In this document: piece after piece, positions 44,023 through 51,300 of the stretch
Layout of the letters: every line of letters begins with the position of its first letter
Numbering within the stretch: the first letter of the stretch is position 1
From: a virus
Lineage: Duplodnaviria > Caudoviricetes
Length of the DNA stretch: 57,603 bases
Virus record (IMG/VR): IMGVR_UViG_3300032319_001187
Span: 1 to 57,603 of that record
Reading direction: 5' to 3' (one strand)
The notes under the pieces: generated by a model
The model's database searches: none
Seen by the model: only the letters and a program-made list of their open reading frames with translations
Told to the model about the DNA's origin: nothing
Position numbers and translations under genes: made by a program

Positions 44023-44370
44023 TTATTGCCCTTCATTTCCTTCTAGTTTTTCTTTTACTTTATCACTGTTTACTACTGTGTCACCAAGCTGGATGTCCTT
44101 GCCATTCCCTTGAAACTTGCGGCCTAGGTAGGCCGACAAGGTTACGCCTAAAAGCCAAAGAACGTTATTATAGTCAATGGTGCCCACCAGGTTTACCGCT
44201 TTTCCACCAAGGAGAAGAATAGCGACGCCAAAGGAAACGACAACCATAGTCAGGGTAGCTGAGCCTTTACCCGTTTTTGGGTCCCTAACCATGGGTACAG
44301 GAATGCCGTCTTTGTTTGCTGACGAGGCTAATTCCTTTAGTTTTTCTACCAAAGCTTCCGCAATATTCAT
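44023..44370 (-). CDS. Two-TM membrane protein, candidate holin
   Basis: RDPKTGKGSATLT followed by two hydrophobic helices and a charged tail (YLGRK); GAGGAG RBS before ATG 44370. Confidence 0.55.
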   Translation of the reverse strand: MNIAEALVEKLKELASSANKDGIPVPMVRDPKTGKGSATLTMVVVSFGVAILLLGGKAVNLVGTIDYNNVLWLLGVTLSAYLGRKFQGNGKDIQLGDTVVNSDKVKEKLEGNEGQ

Positions 44371-44563
44371 GCCAACCGTCTCCTCAGGACACACGTATCC
44401 TTAATAATGTCATTATTAGTATCGATATTAGGTATCGGTACATATTAAAGATGTAGAATTAAGAAGTATAAGAAGAAATATCATAAAGAAGAAGAAGAAG
44501 AAAGTAAAAAAGAGAGAAAAAGTGAAAAAAAGTGAAAAAAAGTGATTTTTTTTCAAAAAATGG

Positions 44564-44592
44564 TTGACCTAGGAGCTAAAGCATAGGATACT
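44564..44592 (+). promoter_or_regulatory. Early-type promoter TTGACC-17-GATACT
   Basis: Same GATACT -10 as the repeated minus-strand promoters; A-tracts upstream; AGGAG RBS downstream. Confidence 0.7.
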
Positions 44593-44611
44593 GGTCTCAG
44601 GAGAATAACTT

Positions 44612-44854
44612 ATGTACACCAACTTTAATTTAATCATGGTTGACCTGCACACCTTCTCTTTTGAAGCAAACAATAAAATTGTCATTACAGCAACGCTTCC
44701 CCAGGTGATCTCGGTCATGGTTCACACCTTTGACTTTGACATTGAAGAAATTGAATTTGCTGTTATGGACATGGTTGAAAAAGAAAACGACATTGCCAAC
44801 TTTGGCATTTTTAACCATGGATTTATTTATTCTTCAAAAAGAAAGGTCGCCTAA
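44612..44854 (+). CDS. Hypothetical protein
   Basis: 80 aa, AGGAG RBS. Confidence 0.65.
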   Translation: MYTNFNLIMVDLHTFSFEANNKIVITATLPQVISVMVHTFDFDIEEIEFAVMDMVEKENDIANFGIFNHGFIYSSKRKVA

Positions 44855-44855
44855 C

Positions 44856-45044
44856 ATGTGCGATTGTGATCTTCAAATCAAAATGGTTGAAGAGCTGTGC
44901 CAAAACTGCCTTACTGAATTCAATAGCTGGATGGAATTTCACGAAAAAAACTTGACTGAAAATATCTACTTTGATACTCTGTTTTCAGGAGACAATTATG
45001 AAGATTACGAAAGAGTCACAAATGGTTTTAAAGTTCAAAACTGA
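44856..45044 (+). CDS. Hypothetical small Cys-containing protein
   Basis: MCDC...CQNC; start reassigned to ATG 44856. Confidence 0.45.
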   Translation: MCDCDLQIKMVEELCQNCLTEFNSWMEFHEKNLTENIYFDTLFSGDNYEDYERVTNGFKVQN

Positions 45045-45192
45045 TCTTGATGATAGCATTGAGCTTGAGATTGAAACCAATACCGCCGGAAAGGTTAAGG
45101 TATCAATTAGGGCCCAATATTTTGCCGACGTTTCAAAAGAAGAGGCAATTGCCGCCCTTGAGGGCATGCTCGCCGAACTTAAAAAGCACTAG
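44998..45192 (+). CDS. Hypothetical protein
   Basis: 64 aa, AGGAG RBS before ATG 44998. Confidence 0.6.
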   Translation: MKITKESQMVLKFKTDLDDSIELEIETNTAGKVKVSIRAQYFADVSKEEAIAALEGMLAELKKH

Positions 45193-45200
45193 GAGAAACT

Positions 45201-45494
45201 ATGGACGATAGACAAAAACGATTCTTTGAACTTGTAACCCGCTACGAAGCTTTGAATAAAGAACGCAAGCAGATTTGGACTGAGCTTGAGCTTGTAATGG
45301 CTGCCATTGGCGTAGGGACCTACCTACAAGACACTGATCTTACCGTTTATAAGATCACCCAGCCTACAGGGACTTACGTCGAATTTAAAAAGGTCGGCTA
45401 CGACCGGACGGCCAAGGCCGACGAAAGCCGTGGAACACTCTCTAAAACAGAGGCCGAAACCGCCGGCTTTGCGGTATTCAGAAAGGCAAAATAG
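45201..45494 (+). CDS. Hypothetical protein
   Basis: 97 aa, AGGAG RBS. Confidence 0.7.
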   Translation: MDDRQKRFFELVTRYEALNKERKQIWTELELVMAAIGVGTYLQDTDLTVYKITQPTGTYVEFKKVGYDRTAKADESRGTLSKTEAETAGFAVFRKAK

Positions 45495-45495
45495 T

Positions 45496-45846
45496 ATGTT
45501 GAAACTAAAAGTACACAGCGAAGTAGGTATTGGGGCTCTCCAGATTTTGGCACAAACGAAGGGAGATACGCCTATTCGCTCTCAGGACCTTGCAGAACGG
45601 CTTAACACCTCTCGAGGGCTCGTGGAGCAGGTTATGACTCGTTTGACTCGTAATAAGCTGGCAGGCCGCCGTAAAGGGCCTAAAGGCGGCTACTTGCATA
45701 TTCCAGGCAGGGTTACCGTTGGGGACGTAATGAAGGCTATGGATGACCCTGTGCTAGCCACCACAACCCAGGACACGAACAGCGCGTTGGGCTCTTTTTA
45801 TACTAGAGTGCTTAACGCCACTACGGAAACGGTTGTAAAAGAATAG
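45496..45846 (+). CDS. Rrf2-family winged-helix transcriptional regulator
   Basis: ALQILA...SQDLAERLNTS...EQVMTRL...RKGPKGGY...TVGDV; no Cys. Confidence 0.82.
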   Translation: MLKLKVHSEVGIGALQILAQTKGDTPIRSQDLAERLNTSRGLVEQVMTRLTRNKLAGRRKGPKGGYLHIPGRVTVGDVMKAMDDPVLATTTQDTNSALGSFYTRVLNATTETVVKE

Positions 45847-46227
45847 TTATTTGTCGCTGAGCATCTTCGTGAGAAGCCCTAAAATTTGGGTGTGTTGAAG
45901 TCTAACTTCCTCACGAAGATGCTCAACTTTATCGCCCAAATTCCTGATTTCACTGTTATAAGTGTCTTTTATGTGGGCAATATCCTTCTGGAACCCAGCT
46001 TCCATCGACGCCATGTCTTTTTGAAGGATTTCTAATTTTGCGGACATTAGTCGCATTTCGGCCTTTAGGTCGTCTTCCGCCCCAAGCTTTACAACCTCAA
46101 TCCGCTGCTCAATTTCCGTGTTGAATTCTTTCTTAACCTTTTGAAAAGTAAGAAGAATTGATCCAATAGCACCAAGAGCTATTAGTACAGGTCCAAAATA
46201 AGCTGATTCTATCATACCGATTTCCAT
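45847..46227 (-). CDS. Membrane-anchored coiled-coil protein (late)
   Basis: N-terminal TM plus coiled coil; CAATCTTTA motif upstream on the minus strand (46242-46250). Confidence 0.6.
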   Translation of the reverse strand: MEIGMIESAYFGPVLIALGAIGSILLTFQKVKKEFNTEIEQRIEVVKLGAEDDLKAEMRLMSAKLEILQKDMASMEAGFQKDIAHIKDTYNSEIRNLGDKVEHLREEVRLQHTQILGLLTKMLSDK

Positions 46228-46285
46228 GTTATGCCCTAAAATAAAGATTGCCTAAAACCCATGATATAGGACTAAAGAGGTCTTT

Positions 46286-46900
46286 ATGGAAATTACAGAT
46301 AGCGATATTGTGATTGAAGGCGCAAATGCCGTTTTTGACTTGAACATTACCGCGCCAATTGGCGGTACGTACATGGGAACCTTTAAGTTTAGATGCACCC
46401 TATCCCCCCTTCAAATCATTGATGCCGATCGAGATTACCGCGATTTAATTGGAAACCAGCCCTCAATGGTTGCTGAGACGGCAGATAACCTTGCTTTCTC
46501 TCTTTCTCAGCTTAAACAAAGAATCGTCTTAGCGCCTTCTTTTTGGACCGAAAACTCAGGCCGTTTCCCAGGGGGTGGAGTTAAGGACCTTGAAGTTATT
46601 TCTAAAGTTCTTGAGGCCGCCTTTTTAGCAGAAAATAAATACCGCAGGCTTTTACAGGAAAAACATGAGTCCGCCGTTAAACGCTTACAGTCGGCTATAG
46701 AGCGCAAGAAAGAACTCGAGAAGACGGAAGCCCAATTGGCCGAAATGGACAAGGCAGACAGGGATGACAGAACCCAGGAATCGATGCTAGACCCCGAATT
46801 TCAGGAAGCGGCAAAGATCCCCACAGAAGACCCCCTAAAGGCCCTTCAGTCTCTTCCAGAAGAGAAACCCTCCAAACCACAAAAACGAGGCCGCAAGTGA
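46286..46900 (+). CDS. Hypothetical protein, possible tail assembly chaperone
   Basis: 204 aa, GAGG RBS; GTFKF...L..RIV.APSFW pattern. Function is inferred only. Confidence 0.5.
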   Translation: MEITDSDIVIEGANAVFDLNITAPIGGTYMGTFKFRCTLSPLQIIDADRDYRDLIGNQPSMVAETADNLAFSLSQLKQRIVLAPSFWTENSGRFPGGGVKDLEVISKVLEAAFLAENKYRRLLQEKHESAVKRLQSAIERKKELEKTEAQLAEMDKADRDDRTQESMLDPEFQEAAKIPTEDPLKALQSLPEEKPSKPQKRGRK

Positions 46901-46989
46901 AGCTTACCGTTAAAACCCTTACCCTTGCCGCAATTGTAGCCACGATTGCAAATGTCCTCATTGCAGTAAAGGCGCTTTTTCACCTATGA
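46897..46989 (+). CDS. 30-aa hydrophobic peptide (MKLTVKTLTLAAIVATIANVLIAVKALFHL)
   Basis: Read manually; GTGA overlap upstream, ATGA overlap downstream, GAGG RBS. Confidence 0.5.
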   Translation: MKLTVKTLTLAAIVATIANVLIAVKALFHL

Positions 46990-47375
46990 CCAACCTAGAC
47001 CAAATTTACACAATTGCAATCTCAAATGTAGTCCAAAATTCCAGTCAAGATTACATTTATCGCAAGCTTACTCGAGCCTACAGCAACAAGTTTAACATGT
47101 CTCTTCAAGAGACCAGAGCACTACCGATTGAAGAGGTTGCTTTGGACCTTTATGAATCCTATTTTGAAGAGCTTGACGAAGAAGAGCTAGACGAGGCAAT
47201 TGAACGCCTCATGAGCCCGGATTATGAAAACGACGAAGAGGCTTCAATCCAGGAATTCATAAAACAAGCTGAGACAGAAGAAGCTACCAAGAGGGCTAAG
47301 AAGGAAGTTAAGAAAGCTTCCTCATCACAACCCGAGGAACAACCTGTTTCAAAAACTTACGACATTGCCGAATAG
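46986..47375 (+). CDS. Hypothetical acidic protein
   Basis: 129 aa. Confidence 0.6.
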   Translation: MTNLDQIYTIAISNVVQNSSQDYIYRKLTRAYSNKFNMSLQETRALPIEEVALDLYESYFEELDEEELDEAIERLMSPDYENDEEASIQEFIKQAETEEATKRAKKEVKKASSSQPEEQPVSKTYDIAE

Positions 47376-47597
47376 TTAGGCTGCTTTTTTCTGGAAGAGG
47401 CGGCGAATATCAGCGTTTTTGGCCACTTGAGCAAGATTTTCTACATCAAGCAAAGAATAAAGGCTAATCAAACGCCCCAGGATTTCATATTGCTCAAAAT
47501 TAGGAACGCCGTTTTTGTGAGCAATTTTTATTTCGTTTCTGACATCGTTGATAGCTTTTAAGATTTCAACTTGGTCTGAGAGTCTTCGGTTGTTCAT
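47376..47597 (-). CDS. Hypothetical early protein
   Basis: 73 aa, AGGAG RBS, own promoter cassette. Confidence 0.65.
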   Translation of the reverse strand: MNNRRLSDQVEILKAINDVRNEIKIAHKNGVPNFEQYEILGRLISLYSLLDVENLAQVAKNADIRRLFQKKAA

Positions 47598-47618
47598 ATT
47601 GAACTCCTATCTGTAATC

Positions 47619-47647
47619 AGTATCTCAAACCATATTAAAAACGTCAA
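47619..47647 (-). promoter_or_regulatory. Repeated early promoter TTGACG-17-GATACT
   Basis: Near-identical to the cassettes at 49350-49378 and 50075-50103. Confidence 0.8.
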
Positions 47648-47657
47648 GAACTATTTT

Positions 47658-47734
47658 TGGTCCGCCCCCAGGGGATTGAACCCTGCTCTAAACCGCTTAT
47701 AAGACGGTCCCTGACCACCAGCCAGCCGGGGCGG
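47658..47734 (-). tRNA. tRNA-Ile (anticodon UAU) with encoded CCA
   Basis: Acceptor CCGCCCC/GGGGCGG, discriminator A, CCA; D stem CTGG/TCAG; anticodon stem ACCGT/GCGGT with loop CTTATAA; T arm CAGGG-TTCAATC-CCCTG. Confidence 0.85.
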
Positions 47735-47782
47735 ACATACAAATCAGGACAAAAAAGTATTGTTTTAAATATTAAAGCAAAA

Positions 47783-48301
47783 TTAGAAAGATAGATCGTA
47801 TTCTGTGTCATTGTGCTCCAAAACCGGAACACAATTATTGCAGTTGAAATATCTATTGGCAGAGGGGTGCCCGCATCTAGCTAGTTTTGTAACCTCATTT
47901 AATGGCTTGTCCAGGTTGTTGCAAAACTCACAGAAACCCGTTTGACTTGCCCTTTCCATGGCAATTGAGCAAACCTGGCACTTGTGGACCTTTTTTGGTT
48001 TTTCAGGTTTTTTAGAGAAAAAGTTCTTTACATTCTTTTTAAAGGCGCCAATGTCCTCGGGAGCAATTTCATATTTCTCAAAAAAGTCTTCCGCAGTCAG
48101 ATTGGGGATCTTGGCCAGCCCCGTCATTTTAACATTACCTTTACGGTTCTTCACTAGTCCAAGTCGGCTCAGGTCCGCTGCCGCGTTCTTGAGAGTACTG
48201 ATATTGACATTAAATTTGTCAGCATATTCTTTACATTTGACCGGTGTATATTTTAGGTTAATAAAAATCCGGTAAGCAATGATTGTTTTAACTGCGGTCA
48301 C
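47783..48301 (-). CDS. Putative DNA-binding protein (winged HTH plus Cys-rich C-terminus)
   Basis: EYADKFNVNISTLKNAAADLSRLGLV; CQVC, CEFC, CGH, CNNC. Confidence 0.65.
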   Translation of the reverse strand: MTAVKTIIAYRIFINLKYTPVKCKEYADKFNVNISTLKNAAADLSRLGLVKNRKGNVKMTGLAKIPNLTAEDFFEKYEIAPEDIGAFKKNVKNFFSKKPEKPKKVHKCQVCSIAMERASQTGFCEFCNNLDKPLNEVTKLARCGHPSANRYFNCNNCVPVLEHNDTEYDLSF

Positions 48302-48429
48302 AGATCACCTCGAGCTTCCGCTCCTTCAACTGACTCCTTAACGAATTGATCCGCTTCATCATGGTCAAGGCCCATGTCAAATGCCCGGTTGTATGCTGCG
48401 TCAATAAATGCTTGTCTTTCTTTACTCAT
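48298..48429 (-). CDS. 43-aa hypothetical protein
   Basis: Read manually (MSKERQAFIDAAYNRAF...); AGGAG RBS; GTGA overlap with the next gene. Confidence 0.55.
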   Translation of the reverse strand: MSKERQAFIDAAYNRAFDMGLDHDEADQFVKESVEGAEARGDL

Positions 48430-48471
48430 ATTGATCTCCTAACCAAACACTCTCAAACTTTGTAAAAACAA

Positions 48472-48927
48472 TCAAGAGCCTTTTTTTGATCTTAGCTCTT
48501 TTTTGTAAGTATCTAAAAACGATGGATAACAAGAGCCTAGCATCTCAGGGTACATAATGCTTTTGGGACATCCTCCATCTTTTATCAATTCTGAATCATG
48601 ATCTAAATTCATTGCGCAATGACCAAGCTCATGATAAATTAACTCCTCTTTCTCGCTTTCACTGCTCGAGTCCCAAAACTCTTTGTCAATTAAAACAGAC
48701 CTTTCTTTCCATCCAACCTCGCAAACCCCAACAATGTTGCCTTTTAGATCAGAAAAGTTCATGTCTATACCATCAGCGCTTACTTCAATCTCAGCCTCAA
48801 ACCGGCTAATGTAAGGGATAAAAGCCTCATCCACCACTGTAACCCGATTGGGATCAACCTTACCGCAACTTGCAAGCATAAGTAAGATTGAAGTAACGCT
48901 TGACTTTACAATCATTTTAAACCTCAT
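48472..48927 (-). CDS. Lipoprotein zinc metalloprotease (metzincin-like)
   Basis: Lipobox LASC; HELGHCAMNLDH and Met-turn SIM. Confidence 0.8.
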   Translation of the reverse strand: MRFKMIVKSSVTSILLMLASCGKVDPNRVTVVDEAFIPYISRFEAEIEVSADGIDMNFSDLKGNIVGVCEVGWKERSVLIDKEFWDSSSESEKEELIYHELGHCAMNLDHDSELIKDGGCPKSIMYPEMLGSCYPSFLDTYKKELRSKKGS

Positions 48928-49328
48928 TAATCCCACTGTTTCTCAAACATGTACCAGTGATCGCAGTCAGCCGCCGACCGAACAGCCTCTGCTGCCAAAA
49001 CATCGACCATGTACCCAGTTGTAGGCAGCATAAACATTAACTCAAGAGCTTTAGCCTCACCTTCGGTCATCATTCCGGGACCCCGCTTTTCAATCACGCG
49101 GCGCTCAAGACACATGATCATAGCCTGGTAAACTTGCTCAGAGTCTTTCCAGCGATGGCCATGGGTTTTTACCTGGTCCATACCAAAGAAGTTACCATGG
49201 CGCTCACCACAAGTTTTAACGAACAACTCTTCGCTATACCCGGTAAACTTCTGGATTTGAATCCCAATAGCCACCAGGGCTTTCTCTTTGAACTCTTTGC
49301 TGAAGCTTTCCGATCTTGAGGTATACAT
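48927..49328 (-). CDS. Hypothetical early protein
   Basis: 133 aa, AGGAG RBS, own promoter cassette. Confidence 0.65.
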   Translation of the reverse strand: MYTSRSESFSKEFKEKALVAIGIQIQKFTGYSEELFVKTCGERHGNFFGMDQVKTHGHRWKDSEQVYQAMIMCLERRVIEKRGPGMMTEGEAKALELMFMLPTTGYMVDVLAAEAVRSAADCDHWYMFEKQWD

Positions 49329-49349
49329 ATTGATCTCCTATCTGTAACC

Positions 49350-49378
49350 AGTATCTCAAACCCCATTAAAAGAGTCAA
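49350..49378 (-). promoter_or_regulatory. Repeated early promoter TTGACT-17-GATACT
   Basis: Member of the repeated promoter cassette family. Confidence 0.8.
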
Positions 49379-49557
49379 GAACTATTTTGAGGCAAACTGC
49401 AATATCCTGCATCAATCAGTTGCGTAGCCGTCCTGCCATAAAACCCCTGGAGCTTCCAGGCCATGCCAGTGTCGATAAGTTCTTGAAAGAACTCAACAAC
49501 TTCATCTTCTGCCATCTCTCCGTTTTCAAATGCCATCATCTTATCAATGCTAACCAT
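49375..49557 (-). CDS. Hypothetical phage protein
   Basis: FQELIDTGMAWKLQGFYGRTA; GGAGG RBS before ATG 49557. Confidence 0.7.
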   Translation of the reverse strand: MVSIDKMMAFENGEMAEDEVVEFFQELIDTGMAWKLQGFYGRTATQLIDAGYCSLPQNSS

Positions 49558-49558
49558 A

Positions 49559-49777
49559 TTATTTTCCTCCAAACACCAGGTCAAAAAAATCACCCATCTT
49601 TTCATCAACGCATATTTCGAAGTCCAATCGCCCCTCGCGCTGACACACTGTTTCGAAGTATTTCTTTAGCCCTTCGGTGTCTATTTGAATCTTATGAATA
49701 ACCTCACCGTTAACGTTAACCTGGTGCGGCCCACAAGAAACTCCTAAAAACAAAAGGGCGATAAGTAAAATTCTCAT
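49559..49777 (-). CDS. Small lipoprotein
   Basis: Signal peptide with GVSC lipobox. Confidence 0.6.
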   Translation of the reverse strand: MRILLIALLFLGVSCGPHQVNVNGEVIHKIQIDTEGLKKYFETVCQREGRLDFEICVDEKMGDFFDLVFGGK

Positions 49778-49783
49778 AAATCC

Positions 49784-50056
49784 TCACGCAACCTTATAGG
49801 TTTCGCCACCTACAGTGACTTCAACAAGGGTGTCCGTGTTGATCATTCTGTAGGCATTCTTTTGAACATCAAATACAGGGACCAGGTCGTACTCCTTAGG
49901 ATCAAAAGCAAGCTCCCCGCCCTTTAGGTGCTTGGTAACACCGAGGCGGCAATTCATCTTGCGAAGGGTGCCATCCTTCTTGATAAAGGATACGGTAAAG
50001 ATCTTACCGCTTGTGGACTGGATTAGCTTAACTGCGTTCTTGATATCGATTTTCAT
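49784..50056 (-). CDS. Small SH3/Sm-like beta-barrel phage protein (WYL_2-like)
   Basis: FTVSFIKKDGTLRKM...VFDVQKNAYRMI. Confidence 0.65.
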   Translation of the reverse strand: MKIDIKNAVKLIQSTSGKIFTVSFIKKDGTLRKMNCRLGVTKHLKGGELAFDPKEYDLVPVFDVQKNAYRMINTDTLVEVTVGGETYKVA

Positions 50057-50074
50057 ATTATCTCCTACACAAAC

Positions 50075-50103
50075 AGTATCTCAAACCCCATTAAAAGAGT
50101 CAA
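50075..50103 (-). promoter_or_regulatory. Repeated early promoter TTGACT-17-GATACT
   Basis: Identical 29-bp core to 49350-49378. Confidence 0.8.
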
Positions 50104-50130
50104 GGATTATTTTCAACAATCTTTAAGGTA

Positions 50131-50325
50131 AGACCACAAAAGGGGTATCCCAGCCTTGTGATGAACCCTTGTGACCCTAGAGACCTTTCGCCTTAGCGCT
50201 GGATGCGGGCAAGTAGGCAAAGGGAAGCTATGCCACCTCAATGACGCTGAATGGCCAGCGCCGGCAGTTATAGCGAGTCTAAATTAGCTTGGCATGGGGC
50301 CAGGATAGGCTAAATTGAGGAATTA
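50131..50325 (+). ncRNA. Candidate structured non-coding RNA
   Basis: GC-rich, no credible ORF, several complementary segments, CAATCTTTAA motif directly upstream (50117). Confidence 0.4.
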
Positions 50326-50482
50326 GATCAAATATAACGTATTTTGTTACTATTAGACGACGGTATATACCTGATATCTAAAGGGAACAAGAATATAAGC
50401 CCTGACGACGCCATAAAAGACCCATCTTTTATGTTCTCAAGTTGTCGGGATTTCTTACGTCTTTACAAATCTTTACAAGCCT

Positions 50483-50611
50483 TTACATCCCGCCGCCAAG
50501 GTACCTGTAGACAATCTCCCAGGTATTTTGAGTTTCTTCCCCAGAGAGGGTTTCTTGAGGCTTTTCAGCCGACTCTTCATTTGTCTTGACTTCTTTGATT
50601 TGGTCGCTCAT
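50483..50611 (-). CDS. 42-aa hypothetical protein
   Basis: Read manually (MSDQIKEVKTNEES...YLGGGM); ATGA overlap with the ppa stop. Confidence 0.5.
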   Translation of the reverse strand: MSDQIKEVKTNEESAEKPQETLSGEETQNTWEIVYRYLGGGM

Positions 50612-51039
50612 TTGGTTACCCTCACAATTTCCTCGCCGGCCTGTTCTGCTCCCAAGACTTCCCCTATCTCGAGCCCGTCCTTATAGTTTTGAAGGTACCA
50701 AAGGGTTTCTTGGGTGAACTCGGTTAGGTTAATTTGGCTGCGGCTAAAAGAGTCGTCCTTGACATAAGCTAAGACCTTGTCGTCTTGCTTGCCGCCATCC
50801 TTACATTTGATTATCCCAACAATCTCTATCGAGACCGTCGTAAGAGCAGGAAGAGGCTCAACAGCAGCGATAAAAACATCTAATGGGTCTCCGTCATCGG
50901 CTAGGGTGTTCACAATATACCCGTAGTTTGAGGTAACAGGTTTCTTTACGGGTCGGTCTAGGATTAAACCGCCAGAAGCTTTATCAACTTCATACTTGTA
51001 CCGGGTGCCCATAGGCATCTCAACGATTGCTCTTAGCAT
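50608..51039 (-). CDS. ppa: Family I inorganic pyrophosphatase
   Basis: VEMP.G.RYKYE, NYGYI.NT, DDGDPLDV, D.G.QDDKV, YK. Confidence 0.92.
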   Translation of the reverse strand: MLRAIVEMPMGTRYKYEVDKASGGLILDRPVKKPVTSNYGYIVNTLADDGDPLDVFIAAVEPLPALTTVSIEIVGIIKCKDGGKQDDKVLAYVKDDSFSRSQINLTEFTQETLWYLQNYKDGLEIGEVLGAEQAGEEIVRVTK

Positions 51040-51289
51040 TTAGTCTTTTCTCCTGTTTACGCAGCTCTTTGGCCATTCCGAGCGCCATGAGAACAACATG
51101 AAACCGCCGATCTTCCCGCTTTTCAATAATTGTCCTGATTTTTTCAAATCGGTTAAACAAGACAATCCGCTTCCACAAGGGGAATAGGGTTAGGCGATCC
51201 TTGCCAGTTTTGACCCTATTCCCCGCCTTAACGGCAAGCTCCCAGGTTTTAGCTAAGAGTTGCTGTCCTTCTTTGAGTTGATTTTTCAT
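51020..51289 (-). CDS. Hypothetical protein
   Basis: 89 aa, basic, within the operon. Confidence 0.55.
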   Translation of the reverse strand: MKNQLKEGQQLLAKTWELAVKAGNRVKTGKDRLTLFPLWKRIVLFNRFEKIRTIIEKREDRRFHVVLMALGMAKELRKQEKRLNAKSNR

Positions 51290-51300
51290 AACTTAATTTA

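Noticed and set aside
50344-50589. 81-aa plus-strand ORF
   Set aside because: TTG start without RBS, and it overlaps a better-supported 42-aa minus-strand ORF coupled to ppa.
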